Source: Chiloscyllium plagiosum | Lineage: Eukaryota | Direction of reading: 5' to 3' | Length of the DNA stretch: 64,000 bases | NCBI RefSeq assembly: GCF_004010195.1 | Contig: NC_057752.1 | Location: 11,704,693-11,768,692, forward strand | Shown here: positions 25,904 to 39,629 of the stretch, piece by piece | Layout: each line of letters starts with the position of its first letter | Position numbering within the stretch: the stretch's first letter is position 1 | Position numbers and translations under genes: made by a program | The notes under the pieces: generated by a model | What the model was told of the DNA's origin: nothing | What the model saw: the letters and a program-made list of their open reading frames with translations, nothing else | Database searches by the model: none

Positions 25904-28900
25904 CAGTGGCGGAGGCCTGTAACTGAGACCCCAGAGCCCGTTTCAGAGATTCTGGCTGATGTCAACCAGCAACTGGTGGAGCAGCAGATGAGGAACAAGC
26001 AGAAGAGTGAAAGATGAATTCTATTGCAGTAAGTTTTTCAAGATGGCGCTGGAACATGGCGACACTTCACGTATAACACGTGAAAAAACACTTATCACTA
26101 ATTATTATGTGCATGTGGCAATATGTCTTAAGTCCTATCTGACTCGCACACAGTCACACCATCCTCTCTCTGATCCCAGATTAATTTTGAATGACCCAGT
26201 CTCAAGGGTGTGACCACTGTCTGGACGTAGCCCAATGTCTGCATTTCAGACTCTGGTTCCTCAACTATGATCCAAAGTTCCTCAAGCTGCAGACAGGTGT
26301 ATTAGCTCTAGGTCATATTCGTGTCCGTTAGCTCCCACATATTGAATTAGCAACAAATCGCCCATCTTGTCATCACTATCATATTTGATTTAATTTATAA
26401 ATAAATTACTAATGATGTTTTGATTTTATGAAAAGAAATAAGTCATGTGTATCAACCTTGTACTTCAGTTATTTTTAAGAGAAGAAGAAAAACGCTAGAG
26501 ACCTAAACACAGACTGAAGAACTGAGTTTTATTTTAAAACCTGGATATGTTCACTAATCCTGCTGACCAATCAGTTTCTTTCCCTGTACTCTCATCACAC
26601 TGTGGTTTCTAACTCAGTTGCTGTCTCACTGCAAGTCAGCTCTTGAACCACACCTTTTATCCCCTCCCACTTTCCTCTTGCTCTGGAGAGTTTGGTGCAC
26701 CAAATTTCCACTTTGAGCCAGATTTCCAACAGTATACTCACTCGGCCTTTGCCTCACTCTTCTGAGGTCTCACACTGACCGTGTTCCTTTCTAACAATAC
26801 CAGCACTATGCTCCAGACGTGTGACCTGTAGTGGTTCCCTAGCCAGAGGAAGCTGCTGTGTTTCAAGGATCATCTGAGTTCCACAAACCTTTGATACAGC
26901 ATTTGAGGAAAAAGTCATCTGTCATGATCCAGACCCCCAGTTACACTGGGAAGAGCTCAAGAGTAGGTGATAGAAGGGCATGTGTAAGTAACCAAGGGAA
27001 GTACAGTGTTAAGAAACACCAGGGTATTTGTCTGCTATTATTACATGAAAAGGAATTGTCCACTAACCGTATTGCATATACTTATTCATGGAGGTGACAG
27101 TCATGAAGGAACGTATGGATTTATGTACTGCAGCTGATTTATTATACAAGCTGACGTTGAATTGTAGTTAAGGAAGATAGTTTCTTTGGCACTGGTTGTA
27201 GATTGGCCACAGAGGGGATCAGAATGCTTTGTAAAAAGTGGGTGGTGTTACACAGAAGTGAAGACTGTGGAGGTAATCTGTGTTGGGATAGCCCTTGTAG
27301 CAATCACCAAGGACTGCTGAGAGCAGTGGTGATTCTGCTGATCTGCCAACTGTAACAACCAAAGGTTTGAAGTTGTGATGGGTCTAATGATTCTGGGCAG
27401 GCAACCTGGAGGATACTGCAGCATTCAGTCTGACCTCTTCAGGCATTGAAAATGTGTTTTCACACACAAAACGTTTCATCAATGAACACCTCATTGTGAT
27501 TCCTCTCTGTTAATGTTTGGGCCACTCTATCTGGAATCATTATCCATCGGAGCAAGGATTATAAACTTTGCCATCCAGAAGTAATCCTTTGACATTATTT
27601 TCAATGGAAGTTAGAGTTGAAATTACAAAGTTTGAACTGCAGGAATTGTTGTCATTGAGTTTTCAGGACATTGAGGAAACGGAAGCTTATCCGTTCACCA
27701 TGGTTGTGTGTGTGCTGTGGGCACCTTCAATTCAATGTAGATGCTGTTGATCACATCCTGTACCTTGTTTGGCAAAATGGGAAAATCATTGAGCAGAGTA
27801 CTGTCCTGGTGTTCATTGATAAGTCAGTCCCTGTGACTGCCTGATGTTACCCTCTGCCTCAGGATCTGAGGATAGAGATCATCTTTACAACCAAAGAGAA
27901 AACAATACGGCCAGCTGCTTTAACCTCAGGCTATCTTGTAGCTGGTCAGTTACACTGCTGTCCCCTTTGCTGTTGTGCACTCTACTTAATGTAGGATTTT
28001 TCAGGAAAATCCTGATTTTGCCTGTGCTGCTTGGGAGATCTTGTGATGCTTCCCTGCATCTGGGCCAGATGCTCTGGATTCAAATCCCACCTTTGGACTT
28101 ACGGGCCATTGAAATTGTGTCATAGCACAATTCAAACAGGTTGATCTGTAAATCCTACTGATAAACCTATGGCAGGCAGTAAGAGCAGGAGAGTATCCTG
28201 GTCTCCCAGAACCATGTGGGAGCTGGAGCGTAACAACCTCTTCACGTCATAGACTCCACACATAGGACCTTGCCATCAGCAAGCGTCATCCTCATTCTGA
28301 GGGACTATCTGTCTCTCTATTGCATATCCTAGGAAGAGGTGGTGTCCCTGATGAGTTACATTGTATTTAAGTAGTAACTGACTCTGCTGCATCTCATGAG
28401 GCTCCACTCCCCCCCCCTTCCTCCTGAGTATCAACAACAAACCTAAGTCTTTGGGGTAAGGCAGGGGCATTTCATTATAACATTCATGAGACAACAAGAT
28501 GTACAAGTTCAATTATGTTCTTTTAAATATTTAATTTTCTTTGTGTTGCCCTGGGGTTTATAAATTTCAGAATAAGGGACCTTGTTGGCTGACAACCCAA
28601 CTGCGAATGATAGGGCAAAGGAGTGGAGTGAGTAAGCAGACAGAGCCTGAGAAATAAAGTTCATAGAAAACTTGTAGGGTTTGGGGTTACAGAGATGAGA
28701 GAAACAACATCATAAATGATGAGCATTTCAAACTGTGATGCTGGAGGAGCAGGGCCAGGACATGTCAATAAATTTCAGTGACCAGGACTTGATGGAAAAT
28801 GGGATTTGGGGAGCAGAGTTTTTTTAAAAACTCATTCATGGGATGTGGGCATTGCTGGTTAGGGCAGCATTTATTGCCTATCCCTAATTACCCAGAGGAC

Positions 28901-29498
28901 AGTTAAGAGTCAACCACATTGCTGTGGGCCTGGAATACCATGCAGACTAGATCAGATAAGAATTGTTGGAAATGAGACAGATTATCAGGGAGGTAGGTGT
29001 GGAGATGGGGGCAGAGATTTGCAAGGTCTGCAGAGGTTGAATTGAGTTTCAGTGAAGAAGTTTATGGCACTTTTGAAAGGAGACCTTGCAAGGCCTTCCT
29101 TGTAAGTACAAGTTCTTAAATAAAAGGAGATATTTACATAACCAACGAGTGAAGACAGGAAGATTGGTGCTAACCAATTTAGTGGCATTTACGATAACAA
29201 ATTTCTCATTGATTTTCCTTCAGAGCTTGCTGTTCCTCTGCCATGTTTGCTGCTCACAACTAAGCATGGGTGAGAACTAGCCTGTGGTTCATGGAACGGC
29301 TCCTCACCAATTCTGAATTCTGCTTACAGTAACAATTTTCCCTAGTCACACCCATCCCGATTGGATTTTCTCAGATATTTTGGTGCCTTCTAGAGGTGAA
29401 TGCACTCCTGAGTATTTTGAGCCCTGAAATAAAACGTGCCTTTTTTTTGGACAGATTAAATGTTAGTCATAGTCTCTAACATGTCAATTCTCTTCCAG

Positions 29499-29568
29499 AA
29501 GAGTGGGTGCGGCCAATAATGAAGCGAGAGAAGCAGGTCCTCCTACATTGGGGTTATTGTCCTGACAG
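29499..29568 (+). CDS. SMARCC2: SMARCC2 exon 7 (70 nt), chromodomain-like region
   Basis: tcttccag|...|gtaagt. Encodes (E)[22 protein letters not shown](S). Confidence 0.95.
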
Positions 29569-29844
29569 GTAAGTATCTAGCTTTCAGTTGCATGTTAGAT
29601 TAAAGTAGCCATGTCTATGCTACAGAAAAAGTTTGGAGGAAAAGTTAGTACAGTTTACCTTAGCTCAGTTATATAATCAGAGACTATTAATACAGTGACA
29701 CAGGGAGAGCATTCATCTATTGAGTCTTCGCTAGCAATTGGTAGAGAGTAAATAAGATTACAGAGATGATTGCTTGATTGAAAGACTGGTATGGTAGAAG
29801 TGAGTTCCAGTTCATGGAGCACTGGTGCCAATGCTTGGGAAAGT

Positions 29845-30840
29845 GGTTACTAGTGGTGTGCCACAAGGGTCTGTTTTGGGACCACTGCTGTTTGTCATTT
29901 TTATAAATGACTTAGACGCAGGCATAGGTGGATGGATTAGTAAATTTGCAGACGACACTAAAGTCGGTGGAGTAGTGGACAGTTTGGAAGAATGTTACAG
30001 GTTGCAGGGGGACTTGGATAAACTGCTGAATTGGGCTGAGAAGTGGCAAATGGAGTTCAATGCAGCTAAGTGTGAGGTGATGCACTTTGGGAAGAAAAAC
30101 AGGAAGGCAGAGTACTGGGTCGATGGAAAGATTCTTGGTAGTGTGGATGTGCAGAGGGATCTTGGAGTCCATGTACATAGATCCCTGAAAGTTGCCACCC
30201 AGGTGGATAGTGCTGTTAAGAAGGCAAACGGTGTGTTAGGTTTCATTCGTAGAGGGATTGAGTTCCGGAGCCACAATATTATGCTGCAACTAGATAAAAC
30301 GCTGGTGCGGCCACACTTGGAATATTATGTACAATTCTGGTCCCCATATTTCGGGAAGGATGTGGAAGCATTGGAAAAGGTGCAGAGGAGATTTACCAGG
30401 ATATTGCGTGGTGTGGAGGGAAGATCTTATGAGGAAAGGCTGAGAGACTTGAACCTGTTCTCATTGGCAAGAAGAAGGCTTAGAGGGGATTTGATAGAGA
30501 CATACAAGATGATCAGAGGATTAGATAGGGTAGACAGTGAAAGTCTTTTTCCGAGGATGATGATGTCAGCGTGTACAAGGGGGCATAACTACAAATTGAG
30601 AGGTGATAGATTTAAGACAGATGTCAGAGGCAGGTTCTTTACGCAGAGAGTGGTAAGGGCATGGAATGCCCTACCTCCTAATGTAGTCAACTCAACCACA
30701 TTAGGGAGGTTTAAACAATCTTTGGATAAACACGTGGATGATTTTGGAATAGTGTAGGGGGACGAGCTGAGAATAGTTCACAGGTCGGCACAACATCGAG
30801 GGCTGAAGGGCCTGTTCTGCGATGTATTGTTCTATGTTCT
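29845..30840 (+). mobile_element. Young 5'-truncated CR1 with an open RT frame, nested in an older CR1
   Basis: 310-aa ORF SGVPQGSVLGPLLF...SKFADDTK...RVVRAWNALP. (TGTTCTA)-type tail. Confidence 0.95.
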
Positions 30841-31409
30841 AGAGTGGGATCTGTACCAGTGGGGTGGTCTATACCTGAACTGTGATGGGGCTGGTATTCT
30901 TGCGAACCACATAACTAGGGAAGTAGAGTGGAATTTAAACTCAATAGTGGAGGCAAAGACCCAAATTTGGGAAGTTGTGAATTAAAGTGTGGGGGAAATG
31001 CAACAGGTAAAGGAATTAATGTGGGAAATGATAAGCAGACAATGACAGGAAGGGACAAGAGAATGCAGATCCAAGAGCAGATCAACAGATAAAGACTAAA
31101 GATAAAAAGGGCAAAACTTAAGATAGGAAAAGTTTCCTCGTATTTAAAAAAAGAAAGGACTTAACAAAGTAAGTATTAATCCTATAAAAAAATTAGTCTG
31201 GAGAATTAGTAATCTGCCAATGGTTTTAATTTTCCAAATACCTAATGTAACTTTTTTTTCCAAAAAGGGAAGACGTGTGTACTGTAGACTTAAAAACGTT
31301 AAGTGTTCAGGGATTGAAAACATCAGCAATAGCTCTTTCCTGGAATAAACTGTTTGCTGAGATTTAAGAGGCAAGGAGAAATTATTATAAAGGAATTAAA
31401 AACATGTTA

Positions 31410-32505
31410 ATTATTTAGATTTCCAGAAGGCACTTAATAAGGCACTACATCAAAGACTATTGCAGAAAATTAAAGTTCATGGTGTAGGGGTAATGTATTA
31501 GAATGGAGAGAAGATTGAGTGGCTAACAGGAAGCAAAGAGTACGAATAAGTGGATCTTTGTCAGGCTGACAGGATGTCACTAGTGGTGTGCCACAGGTGC
31601 CGTGCTAGAGCCACAATACATAAAGATTCAGGTGTGAGTTGTGCAGAGGACATGAGACTATAAAGGGTATTGATAGGTTAGATAAGTGGGCAAAGAGCTG
31701 GCAAATGGAGGACAATGTGAGAAAGTGTGAAATTGTCTATTTTAGCAGAAATATTTTTTTAAAAAGCACATTCTCTAAATGGTGAGAGGTTGCAGAGTTC
31801 TAAAATGCAGCAAGACCTGGGTGTCCTAGTTAATGAATCGCAGAAGATTAGTATGCAAGTACAGCAAGTAATTAGGAAAGCTAATACAATTGTGTTAGCT
31901 AATACTGTTGTGAGGGGAATTGAAGCCAAAAGTCGGAAGGTGATACTTCAGTTATAGAGGGCATTGCTGAGACCTCATCTGGAGTATTGTGTATAGTACT
32001 AGTCATCGTATTTATAGAAGGATGTTAATCACTTGAAGCAGTCAGAGAATGTTTTCTCGACTAATACCTGGAACGAGTGAATTGTCTTCTGAGGAAAGGC
32101 AAGGCAGGTGTTATCTGGTGTTTAGAAGAGTTAGAGGTGACTTAACCAAAACCTTTAAGATTCTTAGAGGACTTAATTGGTTGCATGTTGAAAGCACGTT
32201 TTGTCATGTGGGAGAATCTAGAACTAGGGAATCATAGTTTTAAAAATAAAGAGAGATCTATTTAAACAAAGATAAGGAAACCTTATTTTTTCTCAGAGCG
32301 TTGAGAATCTTAGAATTCCCTTCCTCAAAAGGCAGTAGGGTGTGGAATCTTTATATATTTTTAAGGGCGAGGTAATAAATTCTTGATTACCAAAGGGATG
32401 AAATGTAATCAGACATATGCAGGAATGTAGAGTTCAGGTTAAATTCGGATCGGCCATGACCTTAAGCAAGCTTAAGGGCAGAGTGGCCTACTTTTGTTGC
32501 TTGCT
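31410..32505 (+). mobile_element. Old degenerate CR1 RT and 3' UTR
   Basis: TSGVPQ codons near 31580; RRVRGDLTKTFKILRG. Confidence 0.8.
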
Positions 32506-32978
32506 CCTGTGATCATACTGTTGTCGCATCAATTACTTTTTCTAGGTGTTGCTAAACACTACTTCCAATACTCACCAATCCAAGCATTACATTTTAAAGG
32601 ACACAGTTCATCTCAGTCGATTTCATTGTGTCACTTGTCTGCAAAGTTATGTTTCAAATATCTTTTCAATAATTAAATGAATAACTGTACAGGTTTGTGT
32701 TATAAAGAAATGTAAATTGATCAGAACTTTGTGGCTGTTTTTAATTCTTTAATGGAATTCATTTCGGACCAACTTAACTCAGTTAGTATTTATCCAAATT
32801 CTGATGAAGCGTTGTTCAGAACAGCAATCTAGAGGTTGGAACCGAGAGATTTTCATGTTTTAATAATATTGTTGAAGCGTAATAATATTATTACAAGAAA
32901 TTTGCCTGATAATGTTAGCCTGCGGCCAAGTCTGCTCCATTACGGTGTTGCATTTATTCCTGTGTTATGTTCCTCTAG

Positions 32979-33054
32979 TTATGATACATGGATTCCAGCC
33001 AGTGAAATTGAGGCATCGGTTGAGGATCCCCCACCAACTGAGCGGCCCAGGAAG
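32979..33054 (+). CDS. SMARCC2: SMARCC2 exon 8 (76 nt)
   Basis: tcctctag|...|gtttgc (weak donor). Encodes (S)[25 protein letters not shown]. Confidence 0.93.
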
Positions 33055-34455
33055 GTTTGCGGATTTATAATTCCTGATCTCTTCAAGTATGCATATTTGT
33101 AATGTTTCATAAATGAGAATTCTACAGATTTTGGGCATTTAGCAAAGTTTTGTGAAAAGGGAATCATATTTGACAAATTCATCACAGTACTTTAAAGATG
33201 TCACAAGTGGTATGGGTAAAAGGCATGGAATGTACTTGGATTGCCAAAAAGTGCAACAGAAGCTTTTATTGCAGAAGATGGTGTTGGGGTGATAATATCA
33301 GTATGGATGGAGGATTGGTTAGCTAACAGGAAACCGTGTTGGGATAAATGGATTATTTTCATGTTGGCAAACAGCTGACAATCTATATGAATGAGTTAGA
33401 TGAACTGTGTTGTTGCCATATTTGCTGATGATACAAACATAGGAAAGCAAATTGTGAGGAAGATACAAAGAATCTGTAAGGGTAATAGGTTCAGTTTTGA
33501 AAAAACATTTAATGCACAGCTGTGGTATAGAAGCGTAGAAGGCCATTCAACCCCTTGAGTCTCCTCTGCCATTCAGTATGGGCATGGCTGAACATTGAGC
33601 TCAATACTTGAATTTCCCACCCACCATAACACGAGGTAAATATTGCTACAACTCTACAGGGCATTGGTGAGACCACATATGGTGTACTGTGTATTCTTTT
33701 GGTATCTTGCTCAGTGGGATAGACTTGCATTCAGAACAGTTTTGAGAAGATTCAGGAGACTGATTCTTAAGCTATAGAGAGTTGTCTTATGAAGAATGAT
33801 TAAGCAGTTTGAATTAACATTCTCTTCGGGGTAGAGCAGATGAAGGTGTGACTGAAGAGATGGTGCAACAGGGAGAGCTTCAGATTCCTGAGACATTGGG
33901 GCCATTTTTGGGATAAGTGTATTCTGTAAAAGCTGGATGGGATTCGCCTGAAAAGGAATAGGACCAGCATCCTCACATGGAGGTTTACCAATACCATTAG
34001 GATGGATTGAAATGAGATTGGTAGGGGGTAGTATCTTGGCAGTAGTGCAGAGAGGTGAGACAATGAGAGGGATTAGACTTTAAAATCCTAGTCAGTGAGT
34101 CTAGAAGGCAGAGGAAAGATAGGCCAGGTAAGTATGTAATATATAATGAAATCATGCAGTGTCAGCATGGCTTCATGAAGGGAAATGATACTAGACAAAT
34201 TTACTTGAATTCTTTGAGGATGTTACAGAAGAGATTAAAAGAGAACCAGTTGATGTAATACACTTGCATTTCCAAAAGACATTCAATAAGATTTCAAACA
34301 TGAAGCTGCTTAAGTTAAGACCCCATGGTTTTGGAGGAGTATGTTAGCATGAAAGAAGATGAGCTAACTAACAGAATTCAGAGAGTCGGGATAAAAGGTA
34401 TGGCAACCTGAAATGGTGTGTCACAGTGCTGGGACCACAGTTATTTGCAATATAT

Positions 34456-35130
34456 TGTTACGACACGGGGTAAACCCCCCCCCCCCGGCTAATTTTAAAC
34501 CCGACACACAGAGAGGTGTACCGCGCACCGCAATCTGTTAAATTTTGAGAGGCAAAAAACTATCCCAGAGGTCACCATTTTAAGTAAACAAAATTAACAA
34601 TTTTATTCTTAAGTCCAACAGAGAACACTAAAACCAACAACTACTTACAACTCCTTTGTCTTAAACCTATCTTTTACCTCCCACTCTATAATACTGATCC
34701 GATAAATTCCATCTTAAATTTACGGTAACATCAATTTCAAACCCAGGGATAGTCTTCAGATATTGAACTTTCTCTGTAGATTCCTCTAAGTCGACTTTGG
34801 TGTTCTGCTGCACGAATTTCTTTTAGATGGATACCTTTCAGAGAGTCATTCTGCTCGCAGTCTGTTGGTTCTTGGCAGCTCTTTGTAGTTCTCCCCCTAA
34901 CTGTTTGGCTTTATACCTCAAAACATCAGATCATTTGATCGGTTTGATGTCCTCTCAAACAGTAAAATTCAAATTCGATTGGATTTGGTCTCTGAAGCAT
35001 AATTTAAACTGGCCGAATTTGAATTTGTTTTTGTTCCATGGCAACACAACTCCAGGTATTTGTTTCGACCAAGCGTTACATTTTTACCTTGTTCAGGACA
35101 CTGTGCTTTCAGACCATGCTCTCTCTCTCG
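34456..35130. mobile_element. Probable solo LTR
   Basis: Begins TGTTACGAC and abruptly interrupts a CR1 RT remnant. Right end not resolved. Confidence 0.4.
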
Positions 35131-35520
35131 ATGCTCAAGAACCCATCTATGTCCATCTTAAATATACTCAATGACCTGGCCTCAACAGCCTTCTGTGGCA
35201 ATGAATTCCATAGGTTCACCACTCTCTGGCTGAAGACATTACTTCTTATCTCCGTTCTAAAAGGTCTTCCCTTTACTGTAAGGTTGCGTCCTCATATCTT
35301 AGTCTCCCTGACCAATAGAGACATCTTCCCAACATCTACTCTGTCCAGGCCTTTCAATATTCTGTATGTTTCAATGAGATTCCCCCCTCACCCTTCTAAA
35401 CTCTATCGAGTAAAGACCTCAAACGTTCCTCGTATGTTAAGCTGGGACCATTCTCGTGAACCTCCTGTGAACATGCTCCAGGGCCAAGATATCTTTCTTG
35501 AGATATGAGGCCCAAAACTG

Positions 35521-35841
35521 GGCGGCACGGTGGCACAGTGGTTAGCACTGCTGCCTCGCAGCGCCTGAGATCCGGGTTCAATTCCCGCCTCAGGCGACTG
35601 ACTGTGTGGAGTTTGCACGTTCTCCCCGTGTCTGCGTGGGTTTCCTCCGGGTGCTCCGGTTTCCTCCCACAGTCCAAAGATGTGCAGGTCAGGTGAATTG
35701 GCCATGCTAAATTGCCCGTAGTGTTACGTAAGGGGTAAATGTAGGGGTATGGGTGGGTGGCGCTTCGGCGGGGCGGTGTGGACATGTTGGGCCTAAGGGC
35801 CTGTTTCCACACTGTAAGTAATCTGTAAGTAATCTAATCTA
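35521..35841 (+). mobile_element. HE1-type tRNA-derived V-SINE
   Basis: A box TGGCACAGTGG, B box GGTTCAATTCC, V domain GTGGGTTTCCTCCGGGTGCTCCGGTTTCCTCCC, (AATCT)n tail. Confidence 0.92.
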
Positions 35842-35894
35842 ACTACGCACAGTACTCCAAATGTTCCCCGACCAGAACCTTCTACAGCCTCAGA

Positions 35895-37244
35895 AGTACA
35901 TCTGTTAGGCATGTGTGGATGAAGTTGCAGGGATATCCATTCTTGGCGAATATTCTGTAGAGATGGTGTTCTTCTTCTTGCGTTCATAGGTTGGGAGTAC
36001 TGCAGTGTGTTGCAGCCCTTTTGAAGAAAGTACTAATGCAGGTTCTCTTGTGTGTGTTAGGGTGGTTGCTGTTGTAGTTCAGGACCTGGTCCATGTATGT
36101 GGCTTTCCTGGTGTATGTGACTTTTGTGGTGCATTCACCATTCTGTGTTGTTTGTACTATCACACCCAGGAATAACAGTTGATTGTTAGTTTCTTCCTTT
36201 CTCATAAATCTGATCCCTATGAGTATGGTGTTGATAATCCGGCGTGTGTTCTCGATTTCTGTTCTCTTAATGATAACAAAAGTGTTGTCTACATATCTGA
36301 TCCAGAGTTTGGATTGGATTTGTGATAGGGCTGTTTGTTCCAATCTTTGCATCACTGCTTCTCCTATGAGCCCAGAGGTGGGTGAGCCTGTAGGTGTTCC
36401 ATTGATCTGTTCATGTTTGGTTGTTGAATGTGAAGTGTGTTGTCAAGCACAGGTCTAGTAGTTTGAGTATCCAGTCCTTGTTGATAGGTTCCCCGTAATG
36501 TTGTCTGTTCTGCCTGTCCAGGAAGTTGGCTATTGTCCCTCTGGCTGGAGTTTTGTCAATTGAAGTGAACCGTGCCTGTGGGAGATTTGTTATAACCAAA
36601 GCAGCCATCTTGTCACATGTTAAAAGCCTGGAAACAATTTTAAATCTCATATTAGAGTCTGCTTGTTAAGCTTGTACATTCCCAGGCTCAGTGAGTTGGT
36701 TGACCTTGTAGCTGTACTAACACATGATTGTGAAACTCTTTCCCAGCATGGGAATGTTCTTCTTTTCCAAGAATCTATTGTAATACTAACACTTGCTTAT
36801 CAGATACTAACTAGCACTGTCCAGACACTATGTGACTGGGGCTAGTGACTGGGCAAAGTGTCTACTTACTCATCATACTGCAATTAACAGTTGGTAATTG
36901 TTAAATGATTGTAACCTATACAATCATGCAACTCTCTGTATCTCGTCGGAGTGACTTGTGACCATTGGGTCGACTTGTCTCTTCCCATGAGCTCACGAAT
37001 AAACAGTCAATAACTCGAGGTTTGTGTGGCATGATTCATTGTTCTTCTAAATTGGACCACTACGAGCGAATCACCCACTTCATCATTCATTTCATCCCTG
37101 ACAGTGCCGTTACATCAAATGAGACCATTGCTTTGTTCTTGTCTATGTTTATGTTCTTGATGTTGTCTAAGAATTCTTGTCATGATTGTATGGAGCGTTT
37201 AGATCCGCTAATAAGATGTTGTAGTTTTTGTTGGAGAGAACATT
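35895..37244 (-). mobile_element. Poseidon-type PLE RT region (inverted part, interrupted)
   Basis: Encodes MVSFDVTAL (about 37130-37100), FTSID, LLDLCLTTHFTFN, WIRYVDNTF, LNYNSNHP. Confidence 0.85.
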
Positions 37245-37338
37245 AAGAGAACAGAAATCGAGAACGCACACCAGATTATCAACACCATACTCACAGGGAT
37301 CAGATTTACAAGAGAGGAGGAAACCACTCCCATTCCTG

Positions 37339-37549
37339 ATTTGGAGATGCTGGTGTTGGATTGAGGTGTACAAAGTTAAAAATCACACAACACCAGGTTA
37401 TAGTAGTCCAACAGGTTTAATTGGAAGCACACTAGCTTTCGGAGCGACACTCCTTCATCACCTGATGAGGAGCATTGCTCCGAAAGCTAGTGTGCTTCCA
37501 ATTAAACCTGTTGGACTATAACCTGGTGTTGTGTGATTTTTAACTTTGT
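37339..37549. mobile_element. Family B palindromic element nested in a Poseidon-type PLE
   Basis: 13-bp TSD ACTCCCATTCCTG at 37326-37338 and 37550-37562. About 75-bp arms at 37368-37445 and 37477-37551. Confidence 0.9.
37459..37492 (+). ncRNA. Minimal type I hammerhead ribozyme motif
   Basis: cac-CTGATGA-GGAGC att GCTCC-GAAA-GCTA-gtg. Confidence 0.72.
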
Positions 37550-39629
37550 ACTCCCATTCCTGGATGTGATGGTACAAACAACACAGAATGATGAATGCAT
37601 ACACAAGAGAAGCTGCATTAGTACTTTCTTCAAAAGGGCTGCAACACACTGCAGCACTCCCGACCTATGAAGGGAAGAAGAAGAACACCATTTCTACAGA
37701 ATATTCGCCAAGAACGAAATTCCCAACTTCATCCGCACATGCCTAACAGACAGACAACGCAATGAGGACATGCCATGACCCAACACACTAACCACGCTAC
37801 CTTATATAAAAAAAGCATTTTGGAACTAACAGCCAGACTTCTCTGCCCAATGGGATCCATAACGGCCCATAAACCGACAGCCATGCTTGGGCAACAGCTC
37901 ACCAAAACAAAAGACCCTATCATGTGTAAGACTGATGTAATTTACAGGATTCCATGCAAAGACTGCACGAAACACTATAGCAATCCGCATCCACAAACAC
38001 CAACTAGCCACTAAACGCCATGACCAGCTGTCACTAATAGACATACACACAGAGGACAAGAACCACATTTGACTGGGACAACATAGGGCAAGCTAAACAT
38101 AGCACAGTCAGAGAATTTCTAGAAGCATGGCACTCAGCCGTGGACTCCATCATCATGCACATTGACCTAGACTGGCCACTACAGCAGAAACTGAGCCAAA
38201 TAAATTCCAGAAGAGACAGTACAGCAGTGTTTCACAGGAAGATCCAAAGCACAGAAGATGTCACCTAGACAAGGGGCAAAATGTCTGCAAATCAACTTCC
38301 CAGCTCAGCAAACATACCCACAACCACAATAGTATAAATAGTGCAAGGCGAAAGTTGAAAAGGAATTAGTAAAGCTAAGTGCGCATAAGAATGCATTGGC
38401 TGGCAAAATAAAGGTTTTTTTAAAAATAAATAAAGAGCAAGAGAAAGGCTAAGGAAAGTAGGGACCATCGAGGTAATTTGGACCCAGAAGATGTTGATAT
38501 GATCCTCAATGAGTACTTGGAGTCGTTCTTCACAATGAAAAAGAGCGATGCAGGTAAAGACATCAGGATTGAGCACGGTGAAATATTAGTGTACTACTCA
38601 GTGTCCCCTTCATGGTGGGGAGAGACCTGAATCAATCCGTGATAGTCAGCATGGATTTTTTAAGGCAAGGTCATGTTTGCGATATTTGATAGGACATTTT
38701 GCGAAGATAACCAAGACTGTTAATGAGTTTTTTTTCTACTTGGGCTTTAGCAAGTCTTTTGATAAGGTCCCTCATGGTAAGCCAGTCAAAATAGTAAGAG
38801 CTCTTTGGATCCAATACATGGTGGCACATTGAATCAAAAATTAGCTGAAAGGCAGGAAGTAAAACGGGGTATTTCTGTGAGTCTATAAGTTTCAAAGAAT
38901 GAGAGATGATCTTTGAATAATAAAATTCTGAGGGCCTTTGATATGGTGGGTGCAGAGAGGGTGTTTCCCTTTAAGAAAGAGTCTACCCAAGACGCAGAGT
39001 TTAAAATTGAGTATCCCACTTAAGACGGAGATGAGGTGAAATTCCTTCTCTTCATTTTTGGTCTTTGGATGTCTCTTCCTCAGAGAGCAGTAGAGACTGA
39101 GCATTGAGTTTATTCAAAGTCAAGTCAGAAAGATACTTAAATTATAAGGGAGTTGAGGGTTATTTAGTGGGGTGGGTGGAGGAGGACGTGGTTTTGAGGC
39201 CACAATCAGATCAGCCATGATCTTGTTGAGTGGAGGAGCAGGCTTAATGGACCAAATTATCTACTCTTCTTTCTTACAATCTTATGGAACACACTGCCTA
39301 CGGTGGGCCAGGTGAACATATTAAACCCAGTAGCAGGGCAGCTAAAAAGTTCTCTAACCTGAAAGGTCTTGAGCTTCTGAAGTGTTACTGTCCCCCTATC
39401 TTCCAAGATCTCTGTGTTGGTTGAGATTGTGGACCCTTTGTTAATTGGATTATTGTGCAGATCATCCTCCTGTCTTCCCTGATTGCTCCTGAGTGTCCTA
39501 CTCATCATATATCCTGTTTACAGAACAGTAGTTCTGATTGAGAGATGAGAGGCATTATTAGAATACAAAATTTTAAAATCAAAAACGTTATGAGCGGAAG
39601 ATTATAGGGATCTGAGTCATGTGAGCTAC

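Larger units (their letters stand above)
37245..38330 (+). mobile_element. Poseidon-type PLE: RT thumb, GIY-YIG endonuclease and 3' end
   Basis: Encodes LPFLDVMV and KTDVIYRIPCKDCTKHY. Dead hammerhead at about 38250-38288. Confidence 0.88.

Noticed and set aside
26820..28480. Possible decayed LINE
   Set aside because: No recognisable motif recovered; left unclassified.
29825..30757. 310-aa open RT ORF as a host gene or active element
   Set aside because: 5'-truncated CR1 copy starting mid-RT, with no endonuclease, ORF1 or real start codon.
35521..35590. tRNA gene
   Set aside because: tRNA-derived head of an HE1 SINE, followed by the V domain and tail.
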